A stretch of DNA of 53,655 bases from Eubacteriales bacterium (GTDB lineage: Bacteria > Bacillota > Clostridia > Oscillospirales > CAG-272), in NCBI GenBank assembly GCA_045533435.1, contig JAZSHT010000068.1, positions 1 to 53,655 of the forward strand, read 5' to 3'. Within the stretch, counting starts at the first letter, position 1; each line of letters begins with the position of its first letter. Of the stretch, positions 27,244 to 36,345 are shown piece by piece. A program made the position numbers and the translations under genes. The notes under the pieces were generated by a model. It had not been told where the DNA came from and did not search any database. It saw only the letters and a list, made by a program, of their open reading frames with translations.

Positions 27244-27306
27244 ATTGACAAAGCGTGTGATATATGTTATTCTATATATGTATATACATATTATAAGGAG
27301 AAGAAT

Positions 27307-29295
27307 ATGAAAAAGAAATTTTTATTGGCTCTTACAATAGTAGCTATGCTTATATGCGTATTTGCTATTTCCGTAAGCGCTGAAAACAGAACAAGCATTT
27401 CTTATACCGATATAAACGGAGTAACACATAATGTTCCCGTTGTAAAGTATGAGGATGCAACCGCGGAAAGCGTAGCCGCCGTATTAAGCAACAACGCTAC
27501 CGTACAAGCTCGCTTTATTGATAACGGTGCATATTCCATTATTAAAGCAACTGACGGAAGCTTAACCGCTTATCCAACATGGTACTTAATTGAGCCGTCG
27601 GGAAACAATGAAAGCTATGTTGCAATCAGTGAAATTGAATATGGCTATGTAAACTCAAAATCTGACAAAACCTATAATAGAGGCGCAATGGTTTATGTTG
27701 AATTCCCACACGGAATGAATTACGCCCGTAATAATAGCGTATTCGGTAAGAAAAATAACGGTAATCCTTACGAGACCAATGTAACCGATATTTATTTACC
27801 GTCTACCTTAGTAGCGTTTGAATCTGAATGCTTTGCCGCAATGCCATACCTTAAAAATGTTTACATTGAGGCAGGAAACAGCATTACAAGTATTCCAAGC
27901 GGAACCTTTTCAAATTCAACCGTTGAATATATTCAGTTTGAAAATTTAACTGAGCTTGAAACACTTGACGGTGTTACCAACACAAAGCTAAAGGGAGACA
28001 TTGACCTTTCAAAAACCAAGCTAAAAACAATCAAGTCAAGCGCATTTAATCAATGTAAGAATATGGGCAAAATTACATTACCTGACACAGTTGAGGTAAT
28101 TGAAAATAGCGCCTTTGAAAACACAGGAAGCGCATATCTTGCAAGCCCATATCTACCTGCAAATTTAAAGAGCGTGGGTAAAAGATTCTTCGCTTATAAC
28201 GATAACCTTCTTGACACATATATTTTCCCAGTAGGCGTTACCTCAATCGGTGATGAGCCATTCCAAGACTCCAAGGTTTCAGGTGGACCTGAGGGCAAAA
28301 AGCTTAACCTTGTATTCTTAGGCGAGGTTACAGGAGTAGTATATCTAAATGGTAACGGACACCAAAAGCACGCCGAGGAGGTAACAGTTTACTTCGCTAA
28401 CAACACACTTGACCAATATAACAAAAACGGATTTTATGTAAAGCCATCTGGCTCATCATATACTGATGTTGAAAGGGCAATTAGAGTTGTGTTCTGCAAA
28501 GCAAATAATGCAGCTGACCTTATTTACTTAACAAACACAAACGGCTCAAATTGGCAAGAGGGCGAATTTGTAATGGACGGTCATACCCACCTTGGCTCAG
28601 CGGCGATTATACCGAATAACTGCGGAAACGACGGAAGCGAAACAGTATCCTGTGTAATTTGCGATAGTAGCATTGTAACCGTTCTTAAAGCAACCAACGA
28701 CCATAACTATATTGATGGTATTTGTAATGTATGCAAAAAATCACTTTGCCCAAGCGGAGCTGAACATTCTATGAAGCGCGTTGTTATATACGAAAACGGC
28801 TTTATGGCATCAGGCAGAATTACAGAAAAGTGCCAAAATGATGGATGCACATATGAAGTAAAGGAAAGCGACATTGATGCTATCTTTACATTTAAGGGCT
28901 ACTCTGCAAAAATAAACGGTAATAAAATCACAGTTAGCTATTTAGTAAATAATACAGCGCTAAAGACCTATGAGGAAGTAAACACCGTAGCTCTTAGATT
29001 TGGTGCAGTAGCAAGCGTAGCGCAGGGAACAGAAAACTCTCCAATTAGCGTAAGCGAAGGCGCTTTATCAGCAGAAAATAATGTTGTAATGGCTCAGGTC
29101 AACAACGCGTTTTCTGGCTTTGACTTTATCTTGAATGGTTTTTCAGCCGCACATTATGAAAAAGCCATTATTATGTGCGCATATGTGTTTGATGGAAGCA
29201 AGCTTTCCTATCTATGCATTAACGATAATAATATAGTAGGTCAATATGATTATGCTTATGCAATGACATTTAGCAAACACGCAACTGAAGAATAA
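27307..29295 (+). CDS. secreted BspA-type leucine-rich repeat protein with Cys/His-rich segment
   Basis: Signal peptide ending VSA; LRR_5 repeats (ITLPDTVEVIENSAF); H...C...CxxC units. Confidence 0.8.
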   Translation: MKKKFLLALTIVAMLICVFAISVSAENRTSISYTDINGVTHNVPVVKYEDATAESVAAVLSNNATVQARFIDNGAYSIIKATDGSLTAYPTWYLIEPSGNNESYVAISEIEYGYVNSKSDKTYNRGAMVYVEFPHGMNYARNNSVFGKKNNGNPYETNVTDIYLPSTLVAFESECFAAMPYLKNVYIEAGNSITSIPSGTFSNSTVEYIQFENLTELETLDGVTNTKLKGDIDLSKTKLKTIKSSAFNQCKNMGKITLPDTVEVIENSAFENTGSAYLASPYLPANLKSVGKRFFAYNDNLLDTYIFPVGVTSIGDEPFQDSKVSGGPEGKKLNLVFLGEVTGVVYLNGNGHQKHAEEVTVYFANNTLDQYNKNGFYVKPSGSSYTDVERAIRVVFCKANNAADLIYLTNTNGSNWQEGEFVMDGHTHLGSAAIIPNNCGNDGSETVSCVICDSSIVTVLKATNDHNYIDGICNVCKKSLCPSGAEHSMKRVVIYENGFMASGRITEKCQNDGCTYEVKESDIDAIFTFKGYSAKINGNKITVSYLVNNTALKTYEEVNTVALRFGAVASVAQGTENSPISVSEGALSAENNVVMAQVNNAFSGFDFILNGFSAAHYEKAIIMCAYVFDGSKLSYLCINDNNIVGQYDYAYAMTFSKHATEE

Positions 29296-29296
29296 T

Positions 29297-29329
29297 AAAA
29301 AATACTCAACCGCAAGGTTGAGTATTTTT
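29297..29329. terminator. bidirectional terminator
   Basis: AAAAATACTCAACC-GCAA-GGTTGAGTATTTTT. Confidence 0.85.
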
Positions 29330-29332
29330 GCT

Positions 29333-29878
29333 TTATTCGTCATCATCCTCATCATCACTAGGCTTAACAGGAATAGCCTTTGACATACAGCTTTCAATAT
29401 ATGATTTGAATTCATCATTCATTTCAACGATTATCATATCATACTTTCCTTCAAGCTGAAAAAGAATAATGTATTTATCCTTTGATAAAATACCGTGGCT
29501 AAAATCGTAATATCCTGTACCTGGATGCTTTTTTGAAATTTCACTTACAACTTCCTTAGTGTGCTTTTCAATCTTAACAATGTCGGAAATGAAGTAATAG
29601 CAAACATAGCTTCCGCGTCTGCCCATAGCTTTATTTACAAAAAACTCAAAGTCGGTTTCCTTTTCCTTTATAACATATGTAAATGTTATCATTTCACACT
29701 TAATAAGCAAGTAAACGCCTGATACCAAGCATGCAAAAGAGGAAAGCGTAAAAATAAGCTTCATTCCCTCAAATTCCAATGGATATAAAATAAATCCAAT
29801 AACAATGAGAGCAAGATATATTACTCTTATAATTCCCGCGCGTTTTTTGTGTGAGTATTCCATGATTTTATTTTCCAT
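29333..29878 (-). CDS. hypothetical membrane protein (2 TM)
   Basis: Likely start ATG 29878 after GAAAGGA (track 29926); acidic tail. Confidence 0.7.
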   Translation of the reverse strand: MENKIMEYSHKKRAGIIRVIYLALIVIGFILYPLEFEGMKLIFTLSSFACLVSGVYLLIKCEMITFTYVIKEKETDFEFFVNKAMGRRGSYVCYYFISDIVKIEKHTKEVVSEISKKHPGTGYYDFSHGILSKDKYIILFQLEGKYDMIIVEMNDEFKSYIESCMSKAIPVKPSDDEDDDE

Positions 29879-29949
29879 ATAAATCCTTTCAAATCCTTTA
29901 AAGCTAATAAGACAAAAGACACTCAAAGGAGTGTCTTAGTCATCTTAAA

Positions 29950-30135
29950 TTAAGCCTCTTCCTTAACGATGATTTGCTTATTGCCGTAGTAACCGCAAGC
30001 AGAGCAAACACGGTGTGTAAGGTTGTACTCGCCACACTTAGAGCACTTTACGATTGTTGGTGCTGTAAGCTTTGAGTTTTGTGATCTTCTTAAGTTTGTT
30101 CTTGAGTGAGACTGTTTTCTCTTTGGAACTGCCAT
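29950..30135 (-). CDS. rpmF: 50S ribosomal protein L32 (zinc-ribbon form)
   Basis: MAVPKRKQS...CSKC...HRVCSACGYY. Confidence 0.97.
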   Translation of the reverse strand: MAVPKRKQSHSRTNLRRSQNSKLTAPTIVKCSKCGEYNLTHRVCSACGYYGNKQIIVKEEA

Positions 30136-30168
30136 CTTATTATCCTCCTTAAGTGATAAACTTTATTT

Positions 30169-30681
30169 TTATTTTAATAACTTTAATAAATCTGCAAGTC
30201 GTGGGTCAACCTCTTTTATCGTGTGGCAATCGCATTGACTTTCGTTTAAGTTAGCACCGCACTTTGAGCAAATACCCTTGCAATCATCATCGCAAAGTAA
30301 TGTGTAAGGAAATTCAAGAAGTAAATCCTCAACTAACTCACGGTCAATATCAATAAGACCATTATTTACAATGATGTAGGAATCATCATCCTCATTTTGA
30401 AGTGTACCCTTAATTGCAACAGTTCTTGCGAAATCAAGAGTGAAAGTACCCTTAACTGTGTCAAGACATCTTGCACAATGTGAAGCGTAATCAATAGAGC
30501 ATGAGGCTTTAAGCACCATGTAGCCCGCATTGTCAGTAACACAACCGCTAACATTGATAGGAGCAGTAAACTCTACATCATCAGGTGGTAAAATAGGATT
30601 ATCGTCGCTGTTTTCAATGGTGTATTCAAAATCAATTTTTGAAAGCTTACCGTTGATAAGTGATGTAATATCTAATACCAT
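30169..30681 (-). CDS. yceD: DUF177/YceD family protein
   Basis: CARCL, LCDDDCKGICSKCGANLN and DPRL motifs; conserved position upstream of rpmF. Confidence 0.92.
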   Translation of the reverse strand: MVLDITSLINGKLSKIDFEYTIENSDDNPILPPDDVEFTAPINVSGCVTDNAGYMVLKASCSIDYASHCARCLDTVKGTFTLDFARTVAIKGTLQNEDDDSYIIVNNGLIDIDRELVEDLLLEFPYTLLCDDDCKGICSKCGANLNESQCDCHTIKEVDPRLADLLKLLK

Positions 30682-30818
30682 ATTGTCCCCCTGTTTTTTA
30701 CTTGCCTACCTATTATATATAACATTTTCTCATTTGTCAAGTATTTTTTTGAAAAAACTTGCATATTTGCAAAATATATGCTACAATAGTATAAAAATTG
30801 ACGGAAAGGAACATCAAA

Positions 30819-31565
30819 TTGGAAAATACTGTAAATAACAAAAATATAGATGACAAAAATAATAATGATGCTTTTGAAGATAAAGGAGCAAGCAAAATAA
30901 GCAGAATAATCAATATTTGCTTAACCGTTGCGCTTTTTACATTCATTGTAGCCTTCATGTTTAGACTTTGTCAAGCAGACCACAAGGAGCTAGAGGACAT
31001 TGTAATTACCGATAATTTTAAAGAAGCGTATGAAATTAGTACGGATATTCGCACTCATGTGGCAGGAAGTGAGTTTTCAGACAACGGTGCGCTTTACGCT
31101 TATTCTCTTGTCTATATTCCTGAGGCGCAGTACATGCAAATTACTGTAAGATATAATGTAAGACATATAAACGAGGTTTTAACTGCGTTAAATGAAAATG
31201 AGAAGCTTTTAAATGGCGAAAATGCAAGGAGCTTTACACTTGATGATATAAAAATCAGCTATACTTTAACTGATTCTAAAGAATTGGAATATTCTGTCAA
31301 AATTTTAGAAACAGAGGAAAAATTCAACTATAAATACGCCAAGCTTGAGGTAACAGGCATTGCTTTTGAGAATGTATCATTATACATAAATATGATGCTT
31401 GAAAACACCGAGGAAGCTGAAATTGAAATTAACGGCACACCAAAGAAAACCCTTATTTATAAGGAAGGCTCAAGCTATAATGCAGGCAAATTAGAATTTC
31501 ATAATAAGGATAATAAATATATTCCTTACAAGCTTTCAAAGGGCGAGCTAAGCCAGATTAATTAA
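30819..31565 (+). CDS. hypothetical single-TM protein
   Basis: TTG start after GAAAGGA (track 30798); one hydrophobic segment. Confidence 0.7.
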   Translation: MENTVNNKNIDDKNNNDAFEDKGASKISRIINICLTVALFTFIVAFMFRLCQADHKELEDIVITDNFKEAYEISTDIRTHVAGSEFSDNGALYAYSLVYIPEAQYMQITVRYNVRHINEVLTALNENEKLLNGENARSFTLDDIKISYTLTDSKELEYSVKILETEEKFNYKYAKLEVTGIAFENVSLYINMMLENTEEAEIEINGTPKKTLIYKEGSSYNAGKLEFHNKDNKYIPYKLSKGELSQIN

Positions 31566-31682
31566 GACATCTAACATCATACCCAAATTAAATATTTTGC
31601 ATAAAATGTTACTACATAGGTTTAATCTTACAAATACCTGTCAATAATACCTATGCAGATATGAAAAATGGGGAGTGATAAA

Positions 31683-32108
31683 ATGAATAGTATAAAGCGC
31701 GGCGATATTTTTTATGCAGATTTAAGTCCGGTTATCGGCTCAGAGCAAGGCGGACTTCGCCCCGTTTTAATAGTTCAAAATGATGTAGGTAATAAGTATA
31801 GCCCAACGGTAATAGCCGCTGCTATAACAAGCAGAATGACTAAATCAAAGCTACCTACTCATATAGATGTGCTTGGCGAGCATGTGGGACTTTCTAAGGA
31901 TTCCGTAATTTTACTTGAGCAAATCCGCACCCTTGACAAAAAGCGGCTCAAGGAAAAAATGGGTCATCTTGACGACAAGGTTATGAGCGAAGTGAACGAA
32001 GCAATAACAATCAGCTTCGGTCTTTCCACAAGAACATATACCGACACCGTGGAAAATGCAGAAATAATTCAAACCGCCACAGCAAATAATACAGCTATAT
32101 TAACCTGA
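31683..32108 (+). CDS. mazF: PemK/MazF (EndoA/NdoA-type) endoribonuclease toxin
   Basis: [34 protein letters not shown]...[12 protein letters not shown]; start after GGGAG. Confidence 0.93.
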   Translation: MNSIKRGDIFYADLSPVIGSEQGGLRPVLIVQNDVGNKYSPTVIAAAITSRMTKSKLPTHIDVLGEHVGLSKDSVILLEQIRTLDKKRLKEKMGHLDDKVMSEVNEAITISFGLSTRTYTDTVENAEIIQTATANNTAILT

Positions 32109-32184
32109 CCTTGTGTCAGGTTTTTATATTGACTAAATTTGAAATTTGTGATACAATATATTAAGAAAATTTTGAGGTACATAT

Positions 32185-32907
32185 ATGAAATATCAAGAAA
32201 ATTATAATGTAAAATTTCACGATACAGATGTTAATGAGGTAATCGGCGTATCACAGCTTTTAAAGCTTATGCAGGAAACATCAATGCGCCATATGAGAGC
32301 AAGAAAGCCATCATATGAGGAGCTTTTTAATGACAAGAAAGCGTTTGTGCTTAGCAGCATAAGACTTGAAATTTATAATCAAATTTACGCCTATGAGGAC
32401 ATCGTAGCAAAAACATGGGCATGCCCAAGTCGTGGCTTTAGCTTCCTTCGTTCATATTCTATTGAAAAAAACGGAGAGATTATGGCAGAGGCCAATACCG
32501 CATGGGCGCTTATATCCACAGAGGCTAAAAGACTCTATAAGGTAACTGATGTAGATTTAAGTAATTATGACACAGAGGAAGCGTTAACCCTTGAAAATCC
32601 ACTAAGAATAAGAATACCAACCGAGGCTAAGCTATCCCTTGCAGGAGAATATACAGTAAGATATACGGACACCGACCTAAACGGCCATATGAATAATACA
32701 AACTATCCCGACATGCTTATAAACTGTATGGCAAACCCCGATAAAATGAGAGTGAAGTCCATAGCGATTTCATTTATAAGTGAAATTAAAAGAGGAGACA
32801 GCGTAAAAATTTACACAGTAAAAATTGATGGAAAGCATTATTTCCGCTCAGTAAAAGAGGACGGCAGCACCAATATTGAGGCTGAAATTATTACGGAAAG
32901 CCTTTAA
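32185..32907 (+). CDS. acyl-ACP thioesterase (double hot-dog)
   Basis: VKFHDTD and VRYTDTDLNGHMNNTNY motifs. Confidence 0.88.
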   Translation: MKYQENYNVKFHDTDVNEVIGVSQLLKLMQETSMRHMRARKPSYEELFNDKKAFVLSSIRLEIYNQIYAYEDIVAKTWACPSRGFSFLRSYSIEKNGEIMAEANTAWALISTEAKRLYKVTDVDLSNYDTEEALTLENPLRIRIPTEAKLSLAGEYTVRYTDTDLNGHMNNTNYPDMLINCMANPDKMRVKSIAISFISEIKRGDSVKIYTVKIDGKHYFRSVKEDGSTNIEAEIITESL

Positions 32908-33001
32908 CCATACGCTGCAAAAAATGTCAAATTTTTAGCGTTGACATTCATTAAAATATATGTTATCATTTTTACAAAGAATAAAAAAAGGAGTATTTAT
33001 T

Positions 33002-33232
33002 ATGTTAAAGATAATTTGCAAAAAATCCTACGATACCGATGCTTCAGAAATCGTTAAAAAGGTTACATACGGTAATTTTGGCGACACGGACGGCTACGAG
33101 GAAACATTATATGTTACATCAGATGGCTGCTACTTCCTTTATACAAACGGCGGTGTTGACTCTAAATATCCAAAGGAAGATATCAAAAGAATGTCAAAAT
33201 CAAAGGCAGAGGAATGGCTTAGTAATAACTAA
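33002..33232 (+). CDS. small hypothetical protein
   Basis: ATG 33002 after AAGGAG; TTGACA-17-TATCAT promoter at 32941; followed by a terminator. Confidence 0.75.
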   Translation: MLKIICKKSYDTDASEIVKKVTYGNFGDTDGYEETLYVTSDGCYFLYTNGGVDSKYPKEDIKRMSKSKAEEWLSNN

Positions 33233-33273
33233 ATAAAAAGAATGTCAAGCATGCGCTTGACATTCTTTTTATT
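33233..33273. terminator. bidirectional terminator
   Basis: AAAAAGAATGTCAAGC-ATGC-GCTTGACATTCTTTTT. Confidence 0.85.
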
Positions 33274-34462
33274 TATATTCCTTAGCTAATTTTTTAAATC
33301 CGGGAAGTGCGCCTAAAACAGTTTCCTTCGCTGTGCAGTATGCGATTCTTACATATCCCTTTACGCCAAAATCATCACATGGAACAACTAAAATTTCATG
33401 CTTTTTAGCTCTTTCGTAAAGCTCAAATGCATCGCCAGAAGGAGATTTTACAAATAGATAAAATGCGCCATCAGGCTTTACACAGTCAAAGCCGTAGGAT
33501 GTTAAATTATCATAAAGTAAATCGCGGTTTTCTTTATACGCCTCAATATTTACCTTAGCGTTTATGCACTTAGCAATTACCTGCTGAAATAAGCTTGGCG
33601 CGCATACATAACCAAGAGACCTTCCTGCGCCGCATACAGCTAAATAAATATCGCCACATTCTTCCATCTTAGGACATACAGCAATATATCCAATTCTCTC
33701 GCCTGGCAATGAAAGAGACTTAGAGAATGAATAACATACTAAGGTGTTATCATAGTAGTTCATTAAGTAAGGCACATTAACGCCTGAATAAACAAGCTCT
33801 CTGTATGGCTCATCGGCAATTAAATAAATAACTCTGCCGTATTCCTTGCTCTTTCTTTCTAGCACCTCACAAAGTGCTTTAATTGTATCCTCAGAATAAA
33901 CAACGCCACTTGGATTGTTAGGAGAGTTTACAATAATCGCCTTTGTGTTTTCATTGATTTTGCTTTCAAAATCCTTAATATCAATCTGTAATGTTTTATC
34001 CTCAGGCGCGCTTATAACAAGCTTGCCACCTGCATTTTCAACGAATACTCTGTACTCAGTAAAAAACGGAGCAAAAACGATAACCTCATCATTTGAGTTA
34101 TCCTCAATAACTGCTCTTAGACAGATTGAAAGAGAAGCCGCCGCACCACATGTCATATAAATATGATTAGGTGTAACACCGGCATTAAATCTTTCATTTA
34201 TGTTATTAGCAATAACGCTTCTTACAGTAGCATCGCCCTGAGCAGAGGAATAGCCGTGTAATAATACCGAGCTTTGTGTATCCAAAAGCTCCTTAATGGT
34301 TTCGTTTACTTCCTTTGGTGCAGGCACGCTTGGATTACCAAGGCTGAAATCAAAAACCTTGTCCTTGCCAATTTCCATAGCTCTTGACTTGCTATACTCA
34401 AAAATTTCACGGATAATTGAGCGCTTGCTACCAAGACCGTACATTTTTTTATTAAATCCCAT
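33269..34462 (-). CDS. PLP-dependent class I/II aminotransferase
   Basis: NSPNNPSG, DEPY and SFSKSLSLPGERIG motifs. Confidence 0.93.
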   Translation of the reverse strand: MGFNKKMYGLGSKRSIIREIFEYSKSRAMEIGKDKVFDFSLGNPSVPAPKEVNETIKELLDTQSSVLLHGYSSAQGDATVRSVIANNINERFNAGVTPNHIYMTCGAAASLSICLRAVIEDNSNDEVIVFAPFFTEYRVFVENAGGKLVISAPEDKTLQIDIKDFESKINENTKAIIVNSPNNPSGVVYSEDTIKALCEVLERKSKEYGRVIYLIADEPYRELVYSGVNVPYLMNYYDNTLVCYSFSKSLSLPGERIGYIAVCPKMEECGDIYLAVCGAGRSLGYVCAPSLFQQVIAKCINAKVNIEAYKENRDLLYDNLTSYGFDCVKPDGAFYLFVKSPSGDAFELYERAKKHEILVVPCDDFGVKGYVRIAYCTAKETVLGALPGFKKLAKEYK

Positions 34463-34470
34463 AATATCAC

Positions 34471-35280
34471 CTATAAACCAAGTAATTTACTTGCGTTTTT
34501 ATAAAAAATCTTATTTTCTATTTCTTTATCAAGACCAAAGGACTTGATTTTTTCTACATTTTCCTTAATATCGCTCCAAGGAGAATCGCTTGCGAATAAA
34601 ATTCTATCCTCTCCATGTCGCTTTATAAATTCCTTAAACATGCTTTCACTAACATAATTAAGCACATATGCAGTGTCTAAATAAACATCGAGTCCACATA
34701 GCATGTCAAGGGACTCGCCTAGCATTTCGTTACCGCCAAGATGCGCCAAAACAAGCTTATTATGCTTAACACGGTTAATAACGCTTTTCGTCATAGACGG
34801 CGTGCATTTTATAGGCTCTCCCTTAAATCCGCAATCATAGCCTGTGTGAGTAACAACAATTAAATCATATTCCTTAGCACATTCTAAAATACGAATATAT
34901 TTTTCATCATCAAAAAATGTCCCTTGATAATCAGGATGAATTTTAATGCCTGAAAATCCACTTTCCTTAATAAATCGCATTTTACTCTCAATGTCATCAC
35001 AGCTTGGATGAATACCACCAAAGGAAATAATTCTCTTTTTGCTATTTTTATATTGCTCGTTTATTTCCATAGCATAACGGTTAATGCTATCAAACTGTGT
35101 AGGATTTGTCATAGCAGGCAATGCAACAGAAATGTCAACGCCTGCTATTTCCATCTTTTCAAGTAACCCCGATGCTTTCCCATCGGAAAACGAAGGAATA
35201 CCACCCTTTTCCATTAAATAGCTAATAGTTTTATTTGCAATTTTGTCAGGAAAAATATGTGTATGAAAGTCAATTATCAT
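34471..35280 (-). CDS. amidohydrolase family protein (Amidohydro_2)
   Basis: DFHTH, GIKIHP, LAHLGG and LFASDSPW motifs. Confidence 0.9.
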   Translation of the reverse strand: MIIDFHTHIFPDKIANKTISYLMEKGGIPSFSDGKASGLLEKMEIAGVDISVALPAMTNPTQFDSINRYAMEINEQYKNSKKRIISFGGIHPSCDDIESKMRFIKESGFSGIKIHPDYQGTFFDDEKYIRILECAKEYDLIVVTHTGYDCGFKGEPIKCTPSMTKSVINRVKHNKLVLAHLGGNEMLGESLDMLCGLDVYLDTAYVLNYVSESMFKEFIKRHGEDRILFASDSPWSDIKENVEKIKSFGLDKEIENKIFYKNASKLLGL

Positions 35281-35708
35281 TGTAGTGTTGCAAGAAAAGC
35301 GCAGTCAAGTGTTTCAATATTGTTATCCGTTAGAAGATTATCTAATTTAACAGCATCAGAAGATTTTAATACAACATACGCTTGAGCACCCTCAATAGAA
35401 AGACCGTACATATATTCAATATTTATGCCGTTACTGTCGATAACCTTTAAAAGCGCCTGAAGGCTACCGGACTTGTGGGGAATTTTAATAATTGAAACAT
35501 CAGAAAGCAAGGAAGAAAAGCCGTTTTCCGAAAGCTTTTCCTTGCCTAAGGGCGCATTGTCAACAATAAGTCTTAATAAGCCGTATTCAGTAGTATCGGC
35601 AAGACTAAGTGAAAGAATATTTACATTACTTTCCTTAAGTACATTTAATACCTCGGAAAGACGACCGGTTCTGTTTTCAATAAATACAGTTAATTGCTTA
35701 GCAAACAT
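35277..35708 (-). CDS. tandem ACT-domain protein
   Basis: QLTVFIENRTGRL, SLADTTEYGLLRLIV and NIEYMY motifs. Confidence 0.9.
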   Translation of the reverse strand: MFAKQLTVFIENRTGRLSEVLNVLKESNVNILSLSLADTTEYGLLRLIVDNAPLGKEKLSENGFSSLLSDVSIIKIPHKSGSLQALLKVIDSNGINIEYMYGLSIEGAQAYVVLKSSDAVKLDNLLTDNNIETLDCAFLATLQ

Positions 35709-35774
35709 TTTTAAGTCCTCTTAAACTAAATTTCTTTTATCAATAACATCAGTAATGTAATACCACATAAACAA

Positions 35775-36344
35775 TCAATTATGCTCGTAGCCCTTTAAAA
35801 AGGCAATTTTGTTAATTTCTATTGTCTTTGGTGGAACAGTAGCCTCAATTACCTTTAACCATTCCTCTTTATCAAAGCCGATTGATTTAGAAGCAAAGCC
35901 CAAAACAACAGAGTTAAGTACCTTACTGTTACCAAGCTCAATGGCAATTTTTTGACCATCAATGGAAGAAGCATTATGCTTGCTTGAAAGCATCTCAATA
36001 ATATTTTCAGGATATTCCTTAGCGCCGATAACAACTGTCATAGGGTCAATTCTGCAATCATTTATAATCAATTTTCCATCAGGCTTTAAAAAGTGTGCAT
36101 ATCTTAATGCTTCAAGTCTTTCAAATGCAATAATAACATCTGTTTGACCCTCTTCGCAAACAGGCTCATAAACCTTATCGCCATATCTTACAAAGGTAAC
36201 AACGCTACCGCCTCTTTGTGCCATACCGTGTACCTCGGAAATCTTTACATCGTAGCCCGCCTCAAGTGCAACCTTACCGATAATTCGGCTTGTTAAAAGA
36301 GTGCCTTGACCGCCTACGCCTACAATCATTATATTTTTAGTCAT
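35775..36344 (-). CDS. iorB: indolepyruvate:ferredoxin oxidoreductase beta subunit
   Basis: GVGGQG and SEVHGMAQRGGSV motifs. Confidence 0.95.
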   Translation of the reverse strand: MTKNIMIVGVGGQGTLLTSRIIGKVALEAGYDVKISEVHGMAQRGGSVVTFVRYGDKVYEPVCEEGQTDVIIAFERLEALRYAHFLKPDGKLIINDCRIDPMTVVIGAKEYPENIIEMLSSKHNASSIDGQKIAIELGNSKVLNSVVLGFASKSIGFDKEEWLKVIEATVPPKTIEINKIAFLKGYEHN

Positions 36345-36345
36345 A

